Below, piece after piece: positions 55,726 to 62,238 of a stretch of DNA of 62,238 bases; position 1 is the stretch's first letter, and the number at the start of each line of letters is the position of its first letter. The notes beneath the pieces were generated by a model, which worked only from the letters and a program-made list of their open reading frames with translations, did no database searches and had not been told where the DNA came from. Both the position numbers and the translations under genes were made by a program. Origin of the DNA: a virus (Duplodnaviria > Caudoviricetes); IMG/VR virus record IMGVR_UViG_3300038300_000076, positions 1-62,238 of that record. One strand, written 5' to 3'.

Positions 55726-56832
55726 TTATTTACTATTATATAAAATAGAACATATTTCCATTGCTGCCCTTGGGCAATCAAACTTATCATTAAAGCGACT
55801 TATACTGAAACGTATGGAATTCTCAGGACTACCCCCTAAAGCCTTTATAACATGGGACTCATTGACGTTTTCGCCTTCTCTTTTCAACCCTCCTGAAAAT
55901 ATTATATCCTTTGCCTGAAATTCACTCGCAACAACCTCTAAGCAATTTTTACCATGAAGTTTTAAATTTATTACACCCGGCAATCTGTCTTCATAATTTC
56001 CATTAACCTCTGTCTTGTCACAATGCTGCTTGAAAATATTAAATATTCTTTCTGTTAGCTTTCTTTGCCTTTTCAGCTCGCCATCTAAAAATCTGAAACA
56101 AATCTCAACAGCTTTGCCAAATCCGACAATAGCAGGAACATTTAAACTTCCAGCTCTCATCCCCCTCTCTTTCATGTCGCCATGTAAAAACGGTTCTAAA
56201 GATAATCCTTCCTTTATATAAACCGCTCCTATTCCCTTTGGGCCATGCATCCTATGGGCTGACAATGTCATAAAGTCAATATCCAATTCATCCACATCAA
56301 ACCTTATCTTGCCAAACGAATGAGTTCCACTGCAGTGATACAAGGCATCATACTTTTTTGTCAATTTTGCAATTTCTTCAACTGGCTGAATTGTTCCTAT
56401 TTCTCCATTTGCCATCTCAACACTAACTAGGCCAACATCCCCTTTCTTAAGTTCTTCTTCAAGATGTCTTAAATCTATCTTCCCATCTTTATTTACTTCA
56501 ATTAAAGTGCAGTTTCTTGTCTCAGCACTTTTTATTATAGAATTATGTTCAATACTTGAAACGAGAACTCTACCTTTCTCACTTTTAAAGTTCTTTATAA
56601 TCCAGTTGTTTCCTTCTGTCTCACCGGATGTAAAATAAATATTTTCAGGAAAGTTGCCAATCCTATCTGCGATCATCCTACGAGAATTATCTACTGCCGC
56701 CCTAGATTCTTCTCCTAAAAAATGATAATCCTCATCTGGATTTCCATAACTTTCTTCTAAATAAGCTTGCATAGCCATAACAACCTCTTCATCCATGACT
56801 GAAGTTGTTGAGTTATCCATATAGTGTTCCAT
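55726..56832 (-). CDS. iscS: IscS/NifS cysteine desulfurase homologue with degenerate active site
   Basis: Y.DN..T, YGNP, FTSG.TE.NN, IEH.S, N.EIG.IQP, HGPKGIGA, RAG..NVP, IRFS; but SAHR replaces SAHK and SGGLKR replaces SGSAC. Confidence 0.85.
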   Translation of the reverse strand: MEHYMDNSTTSVMDEEVVMAMQAYLEESYGNPDEDYHFLGEESRAAVDNSRRMIADRIGNFPENIYFTSGETEGNNWIIKNFKSEKGRVLVSSIEHNSIIKSAETRNCTLIEVNKDGKIDLRHLEEELKKGDVGLVSVEMANGEIGTIQPVEEIAKLTKKYDALYHCSGTHSFGKIRFDVDELDIDFMTLSAHRMHGPKGIGAVYIKEGLSLEPFLHGDMKERGMRAGSLNVPAIVGFGKAVEICFRFLDGELKRQRKLTERIFNIFKQHCDKTEVNGNYEDRLPGVINLKLHGKNCLEVVASEFQAKDIIFSGGLKREGENVNESHVIKALGGSPENSIRFSISRFNDKFDCPRAAMEICSILYNSK

Positions 56833-56893
56833 TGTATACTCCTTAAATCTATTTATATACTATACATCCAAATTAAAAAAATATTCTAAAAAT

Positions 56894-56927
56894 AAAAAAG
56901 GCGAAGGAATAAGTATCCCCCGCCTTT
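56894..56927 (-). terminator. intrinsic terminator
   Basis: AAGGCG/CGCCTT stem plus T-run. Confidence 0.6.
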
Positions 56928-56953
56928 ATGGATTCAAAAGTATTTAATAAAGT

Positions 56954-57364
56954 TTACTCAAGAAGAGCCACAACTGATTCTTCTTCTGTGTAAACTTTAA
57001 TCTGTACGCCATTTCTGTCGTAACGACTTTTGAATTTCTTTCCCTGTTCCTTGCCACCAATCTGAGTGAAGATTACCGTTCCTTCATCCTCATCAAACTC
57101 TTCAATCTTGGCAACAAATTTCTCGCTATTGTACATAACAATATACATTCCAAGGTGATTCTTTAAATCCTTCGCGTCAACTACTTCCATTTTTACTACC
57201 TTTTTTAATATTTCTTCAATTAATCCCACAGAAATCAAATCTACTGCGGATAAACTACTACCACCGGATGACAAAACTCCTAAGAACAACTTGTCTATCC
57301 AATCTTCTGAAATGTTATCCAAATCAAAAATACTACTCCTATTAACAAAATCACACTTTAACAA
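56954..57364 (-). CDS. hypothetical protein (start uncertain, possibly 57190)
   Basis: ORF track. Confidence 0.55.
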   Translation of the reverse strand: MLKCDFVNRSSIFDLDNISEDWIDKLFLGVLSSGGSSLSAVDLISVGLIEEILKKVVKMEVVDAKDLKNHLGMYIVMYNSEKFVAKIEEFDEDEGTVIFTQIGGKEQGKKFKSRYDRNGVQIKVYTEEESVVALLE

Positions 57365-57427
57365 TGACTTTACTAATACTTTCCCACTTCCACTTCCTTG
57401 TTCATTCCTTATAGTATATCGTTAATT

Positions 57428-57904
57428 TTATTTTTCCAGCTCTTTTTTAACTTTTTCTTCTATTTTCTCTTTTGGCTGTGATTTTTTCTCTTTTGGCTGT
57501 GGAAACTTAACTTTAAGACTATTTCTCAGGAAGCCCTTTACAGTATTGGGAATTGTTCCGTCTGGATATATCAATCTCAACGAAGACATTCTCACAAACA
57601 GCGTATTTATATCCTGAGCCTTAACGTCAGCCACCGCTGACAAATGCTTCTGACTATAAGTTGTCTGAGACCAAAGCCAATTCCATTTATCTATACTTCC
57701 TTCATATCGACATTTTTTTTGATATAACTTGTGCGAAGGAATTATTCTTTCACACTTTAGAACTTGCCATGAAATTATTCCATTTCTTAAAACGTCATTG
57801 TCAGTCATAATCAAGACGGACTCAAGATAATTCTGCTCCTGCATCTTCATTTCTTTAAGTATCATATAGTAATCGTCTACATCATCTGTCATCTTTTTCT
57901 CCAT
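57428..57904 (-). CDS. hypothetical protein
   Basis: ORF track. Confidence 0.7.
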   Translation of the reverse strand: MEKKMTDDVDDYYMILKEMKMQEQNYLESVLIMTDNDVLRNGIISWQVLKCERIIPSHKLYQKKCRYEGSIDKWNWLWSQTTYSQKHLSAVADVKAQDINTLFVRMSSLRLIYPDGTIPNTVKGFLRNSLKVKFPQPKEKKSQPKEKIEEKVKKELEK

Positions 57905-57998
57905 TACACGAATTTATTGTTTTCTTCTTCTATTCTACAATCAACCATGTACTCTTTTTACTTTATTTTTAAAAAAACTACAACATACTCATAAATTA

Positions 57999-58034
57999 AA
58001 AAGGCTCAACACTGATACTTCAATGCTGAGCCTT
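57999..58034 (-). terminator. intrinsic terminator after nrdB
   Basis: AAGGCTCA/TGAGCCTT stem. Confidence 0.7.
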
Positions 58035-58064
58035 AAATTTAAACCTTAAAATTAATCAAAAAAA

Positions 58065-59168
58065 TTAATCCAAGCTAAATCCTTCAAACGTTTCATCATC
58101 CACATCATGCTTAAACGATCCGACCAAATAAGCCTCAATTTCTGTTTCTTGAGGTGCTACCTGTACGCCTTTACTATTCAACCAATGATCCATCCAAGAC
58201 AAAGGATTGTCAACATTCTTAAATGCTGGCTTGAGTCCGATGTTTTTCATTCTTTGGTTTGTCAAATAATCAACATAAACATCCAATAGCTTATCATTAA
58301 GACCAATCATAGATCCATCTTTAAATAAGTATCTAGCCCACTCCTTTTCCTCCTCAGCCGCTTCTCTGTACATATCAGAAGCAATATCTACACAATCTTC
58401 AATCACCTGAGTCATTAAAGGATCTTCATCCTTTCTTCTGTAATAGTTTATCATGTTTTGAGTAATTGATAAATGTAGCTTTTCATCTCTTGCAATCAGA
58501 CTTATAATTTTGGCAGACCCTTCCATAAGCTTGTTTTCGCCAAAAGCAAAAGTACAAGCAAAACTAACATAGAATCTAATTCCTTCAAGAATATTTACTG
58601 AAATTAAAGCCAAGTATAATTTCTTTCTCAACTCATACTTGTCCGTTTCTAATCCAGCTCGCCATCTTATCCCATACTCAATGAAATCATCATAAGCCTT
58701 TGTTACGCTATTTGCTCTCTTAACTATATGCTCGTTAGGAAGTATCTCCATAAACACTTCTTTTGGCACTGAATAAAGATTGCGAATCATATGAGAATAA
58801 CTACGACTATGAATTACTTCAAAAAACTGCCAAGTTACAATAGCTTCTTCCAATTCTGGAAGAGTAACGAATGGAAGAAATGCCAATCCGGGTGCTCTTC
58901 CTTGTACAGAATCGAGTAAAATCTGATATTTTAAATTCGATGTAAAAATAAATTTCTCATGCTCAGTTAACTTTTGATAATCAGCTCTGTCCTTTAATAA
59001 ATCTACTTCTTCTGGACGCCAAAAGAAACTAACCATCTTTGCCGTTTGCTTCTCAAAGAATGGGTATTTCTGCTCATCATATCTTTGAACGTTTACGCCT
59101 TCTTCTCCGAAAAACATTGGCTGCTTTAAGAAATCTATCTCTTTGTCTACAAATACATGTTTTTTCAT
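58065..59168 (-). CDS. nrdB: class Ia ribonucleotide reductase beta subunit
   Basis: FFWRPEEV, LLDSVQGR, EVIHSRSY (radical Tyr), LEGIRFYVSFA, RDEKLH, VAPQETE. Confidence 0.97.
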   Translation of the reverse strand: MKKHVFVDKEIDFLKQPMFFGEEGVNVQRYDEQKYPFFEKQTAKMVSFFWRPEEVDLLKDRADYQKLTEHEKFIFTSNLKYQILLDSVQGRAPGLAFLPFVTLPELEEAIVTWQFFEVIHSRSYSHMIRNLYSVPKEVFMEILPNEHIVKRANSVTKAYDDFIEYGIRWRAGLETDKYELRKKLYLALISVNILEGIRFYVSFACTFAFGENKLMEGSAKIISLIARDEKLHLSITQNMINYYRRKDEDPLMTQVIEDCVDIASDMYREAAEEEKEWARYLFKDGSMIGLNDKLLDVYVDYLTNQRMKNIGLKPAFKNVDNPLSWMDHWLNSKGVQVAPQETEIEAYLVGSFKHDVDDETFEGFSLD

Positions 59169-59182
59169 ATATAACCTCCGAT

Positions 59183-59210
59183 AAAAAAGGCCCCTGTCGA
59201 TGAGGCCTTT
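59183..59210 (-). terminator. intrinsic terminator after nrdA-C
   Basis: AGGCC/GGCCT stem plus T-run. Confidence 0.55.
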
Positions 59211-59231
59211 ATTGTTAAATTGTTCTTACGA

Positions 59232-60284
59232 TCAAATACTACAGCCGCCTCCAGCGCAACCCTGATCAGAATCATTCTCTTCCGACTTTCCATCATACGT
59301 ATTTAAATAATACAAAGTCTTGAGTCCAATTTTATAAGCATATAGAATATCTTTTACGACAACTGACAATGGTATGTTATTGTCAGGATACCTTGAGTAG
59401 TCATAATACTGATTGCTTGAAATAGCTTGATCCATATACTTCTGTGCTATTCCCATTATATTCATATATCCCGTATTATTTTCCATTTCCCAAGAAGTTT
59501 CATAATATTTCCCCAATGTTTGGAAATCTGGAACAACTTGTTTGAGAATACCCTTCTTTGACTTCTTCTGGGACATTAAGGCTCTCGGAGGCTCCATTCC
59601 ATTAGTTGCATTGGAAACTACACTAGAGCTCTCAGAAGGCATCTGTGCTGACAGTGTGGAGTTTCTTAAACCATGTTCTTTAATGTCAGCTCTTAATCCT
59701 TCCCAATCAAGAGAAAGAGGTCTGTCGCAAATAGTATCTAAGAAAGACTTATAAGTATCAATAGGCAAAATTCCCTGAGAATACTTCGTTCTGTCGAAGT
59801 AGCCACAAGGCCCTTTTTCTTTCGCAAGATTATTAGATGCCTTTAATAAATTAAACTGCATACACTCCATCAGCTCGTCTACCAAATGAATTGAATCAGG
59901 ACTTGAATATGTAACTTTATTCTTTGCCAAATAATGAGCCAAACCAATGACTCCAATACCTAAAGATCTTCTATTTAAAGTAGAATTCTTTGCTGCCAAT
60001 ATTGGATACTCTTGAAGGTCAACAATCTCGTCAAGAGATCTTACCGCTAAATCCGTAAGCCCTTCAACCTCATCTAAGCTTTTCAGCCTTCCTACATTCA
60101 AAGCAGATAATATACAAAGAGCAATCTCTCCATCTGGATCATCTGGATGCGTTAAAGGCTTAGTCGGGAGAGTTATTTCTTGGCAATTATGTACTAATAT
60201 TTTATTAGCATAAAAATTATGATTATCTTCTACCGTGATGTCGTACACATCCTCTGTTTCTTCTAAATATTCTATTTTTAACAT
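59232..60284 (-). CDS. nrdA: class Ia RNR alpha subunit, C-terminal part with N-terminal split-intein IntC (33 aa)
   Basis: VYDITVEDNHNFYAN.ILVHN|CQEI; ALCILSA, RSLGIG, MPSESSS...NATNG.EP, KTLYY, C-terminal CAGGGC. Confidence 0.95.
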   Translation of the reverse strand: MLKIEYLEETEDVYDITVEDNHNFYANKILVHNCQEITLPTKPLTHPDDPDGEIALCILSALNVGRLKSLDEVEGLTDLAVRSLDEIVDLQEYPILAAKNSTLNRRSLGIGVIGLAHYLAKNKVTYSSPDSIHLVDELMECMQFNLLKASNNLAKEKGPCGYFDRTKYSQGILPIDTYKSFLDTICDRPLSLDWEGLRADIKEHGLRNSTLSAQMPSESSSVVSNATNGMEPPRALMSQKKSKKGILKQVVPDFQTLGKYYETSWEMENNTGYMNIMGIAQKYMDQAISSNQYYDYSRYPDNNIPLSVVVKDILYAYKIGLKTLYYLNTYDGKSEENDSDQGCAGGGCSI

Positions 60285-61269
60285 TATTTCTTACCTCTTC
60301 CTAATTCTAAATATTGAGCTACTTTATCAATATTCTCTTGTGTCATTTTATACTTTAAATCTTTCATAGTTAAATTAAATCCTCTTTTATTTAACTCTTT
60401 TAAAACTAAACCTTTAAACAGATTAAAATTCCCACTAAAACGATTTTTACTAAAGCTTTGCGGATAACCATTCTCTCCTGCAAACCTCATCCATTGTCTT
60501 CTGCTGAATGTCTTTGTTTCCAGATACATTTTAACTGCTGCATTGACTACTTCATCATCTGAATGTCCTGAATGATTTGGATTTTTAGAACCAACTGTAG
60601 CTTGAGATCTTAACTTTAAATATTTCTCCAACCTCCAACCACTAAGATTATTAGCAATATTTCCACCATCTCCACCTTCAGTCATATTATAACCTTTTTT
60701 GTAAGTGTTGAAATGTGCGATAAAATGCATTTCTCTTTCTTTGGCCTCTTCCTCTCCCTCACACATACACAGTAATTCGCTTACTAAGCCATCTAAGCCA
60801 TATTTTCTTATCGCCCTATAGAAATTAGTATCTAATCCTGATTCAGCGTTTAAGTTATGCTTATGCAGCCTTTCAGACATAGTAAAGTGAGTAAATCCAA
60901 TATAGGATTTACCACTCGACTTGAATGTATGTTTATAAATTGAATACACTACTACTTAATATCCAACTCATCATCTGAGCGAAGGTCTTTAGCCTCTACA
61001 TATCCACGATTCTTAGTGAACACTTTATGCTCTGGAGTACATCTTATTGAAAATCCAGTTTCTTCATCTGTTATCTTCATCAACTTGGCGTTCTTAGCCG
61101 TTATTGCTGATGCCGTTACAGGTTTATATTCAATTCCTCCAGATTCAACATCCTTTGAGAGAACAGAAACTGACTTTCCATCTTTAAAGGCATCGTTCAA
61201 TTCTTTAAGTTGAATACTTACAAGTTTTCCATCGATTTCTACGTCAACCATAGTATCACCAGTTAAACA
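60186..61269 (-). mobile_element. split intein + homing endonuclease cassette (fractured gene)
   Basis: IntN 60955-61269, GIY-YIG gene, IntC 60186-60284, inserted at the SNL/C site. Confidence 0.9.
60284..60949 (-). CDS. free-standing GIY-YIG homing endonuclease
   Basis: SIY..T...GKSYIG.T, R...H, AIRKYG, E..FI......GYN.T.GG; lies between the intein halves. Confidence 0.88.
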   Translation of the reverse strand: MYSIYKHTFKSSGKSYIGFTHFTMSERLHKHNLNAESGLDTNFYRAIRKYGLDGLVSELLCMCEGEEEAKEREMHFIAHFNTYKKGYNMTEGGDGGNIANNLSGWRLEKYLKLRSQATVGSKNPNHSGHSDDEVVNAAVKMYLETKTFSRRQWMRFAGENGYPQSFSKNRFSGNFNLFKGLVLKELNKRGFNLTMKDLKYKMTQENIDKVAQYLELGRGKK

Positions 61270-62238
61270 TAAGTTTGACATTCTTATCTTATCTAAAAAA
61301 GAACTGTGAGAATTGCAATGATCTATATTCATAATATAAATACGACCAGTTTCAATTCTTTCCTTAACAATCTCAAGGAAAAGTTTCATTGCATTTATTT
61401 TGTTTTTTTTGATATTATGGCGTCTTTCACACTTTTCATACACTTCTTCAAAGCTACTTGTTCCAAAAGCTTCTTCAAGCTCTGGTACTTCGTGTGGGGA
61501 AAAGACGGTAATTTCTTCATTTGCCAAAGCTCTCTTGTAAAACAGTTCACACATTTGAATTGAGTAGTCTAACTTTCTTACTCTGTTTTCATCTGTTCCT
61601 TTGTTGTTCTTCAATACAATGATATCTTCTATCTCTGCATGCCAGAATGGGAAATGAACAGTGGCCGATCCGCCCCTCACACCATTTTGAGTACATGACT
61701 TAACAATTGACTCATATACTTTTAAAAATGGAACAACGCCAGTGTGAACTACTTCTCCTTGGCGAATACTTGACCCAATCGCACGTATACCGCCCAGATT
61801 AAGGCCTATCCCTGCTCTTTGTGCCGTATATCTAGTTACACTGTTAAATCCAGATGTAAGGCTGTCTAGACTATCTGCTACATCAACAAGAACGCAAGAT
61901 GAATACTGCCTTAATGGAGTTCTTGCTCCACACATAACAGGAGTTGGAATATTAAGCTTGAATAGTGATATTGCATCATAGTACTTCTTCACATAGTCTA
62001 ATCTTGTTTCCGCTGGATAATTCATAAACAATGTAGCCGAAATCATCATATACATATATTGCGGAGTTTCATATATCTCATTGATATCTCTATTCTTGAG
62101 TAAATACTTATCGACAACCTGCTGCAGTCCTGCATATGTAAACTCAAAATCTCTTTTGTGATTTAAATATCCATTTAGCTTGTTTATCTCTCTCTCTGTG
62201 TATTTTTCTAAAATTAACGGATCATAACAACCATTTTC
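60952..62238 (-). CDS. nrdA: class Ia RNR alpha subunit, N-terminal part with C-terminal split-intein IntN (105 aa); 5' end outside window
   Basis: ETPQ, PTPVM, QYSSCVL, TQNGVRGG, RMSNL|CLTGDT...CTPEHKV...GYVEAKDL; the frame is open to the window end. Confidence 0.95.
   Translation of the reverse strand, partial: ENGCYDPLILEKYTEREINKLNGYLNHKRDFEFTYAGLQQVVDKYLLKNRDINEIYETPQYMYMMISATLFMNYPAETRLDYVKKYYDAISLFKLNIPTPVMCGARTPLRQYSSCVLVDVADSLDSLTSGFNSVTRYTAQRAGIGLNLGGIRAIGSSIRQGEVVHTGVVPFLKVYESIVKSCTQNGVRGGSATVHFPFWHAEIEDIIVLKNNKGTDENRVRKLDYSIQMCELFYKRALANEEITVFSPHEVPELEEAFGTSSFEEVYEKCERRHNIKKNKINAMKLFLEIVKERIETGRIYIMNIDHCNSHSSFLDKIRMSNLCLTGDTMVDVEIDGKLVSIQLKELNDAFKDGKSVSVLSKDVESGGIEYKPVTASAITAKNAKLMKITDEETGFSIRCTPEHKVFTKNRGYVEAKDLRSDDELDIK

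Noticed and set aside
1171-61563. All plus-strand ORFs in the track
   Set aside because: They lie antisense to well-supported minus-strand genes, show Ser/Phe/Leu-rich shadow composition and have no recognisable motifs.
1-62238. CRISPR array, transposase or integrase
   Set aside because: No regularly spaced repeats or recognisable transposase/integrase motifs seen.
1-62238. Stop-codon reassignment
   Set aside because: Conserved genes are full length in code 11, and TAA, TAG and TGA all terminate genes at expected positions (e.g. clpP TAG, nrdA-C TGA).

Overview
This is an AT-rich, very gene-dense segment with essentially all real genes on the minus strand. Small hypothetical ORFs are interspersed with host-like metabolic and regulatory genes. 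There are no ribosomal-protein or housekeeping operons and no virion genes, which fits the non-structural region of a large (jumbo-type) bacteriophage genome. Recognisable proteolysis and NAD/ADP-ribose genes are clpP, clpS-clpA, an ATE/Bpt-family aminoacyl-tRNA-protein transferase, NAMPT plus NMNAT-Nudix, NADAR and a macrodomain. Other recognisable genes are a sigma70-family factor, a MoxR-type AAA+/VWA pair, a RecD/Dda-like helicase, galE, an IMPDH/GMPR, queC, split coaB-coaC, an HNH-RNA ligase, AlkB, a cold-shock protein and an HD (p)ppGpp-hydrolase-like protein. nrdB follows an nrdA that is fractured by a split intein around a free-standing GIY-YIG endonuclease. RNA genes are a tmRNA (tag GETLAIAA) and an initiator-like tRNA-Met. 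Five signals are the most unusual. (1) A 362-nt RNA built on a complete tRNA frame, with about 250 nt of nested helices in the D-loop and a 45-nt branched insert in place of the anticodon loop (53177-53538). (2) A recurrent short motif, roughly x-G-x-L-h-[IV]-[WFYG]-x-K/E, near the C-terminus of about 20 otherwise unrelated small proteins. (3) A complete phage-encoded N-degron plus tmRNA proteolysis kit. (4) Two further unidentified structured RNAs (30578-30788 and 38291-38450). (5) Several catalytically dead or fragmentary copies of host proteins (IscS, ACP, an IleRS domain, an ABC-ATPase half). All family calls come from motif recognition by eye; no database searches were run.
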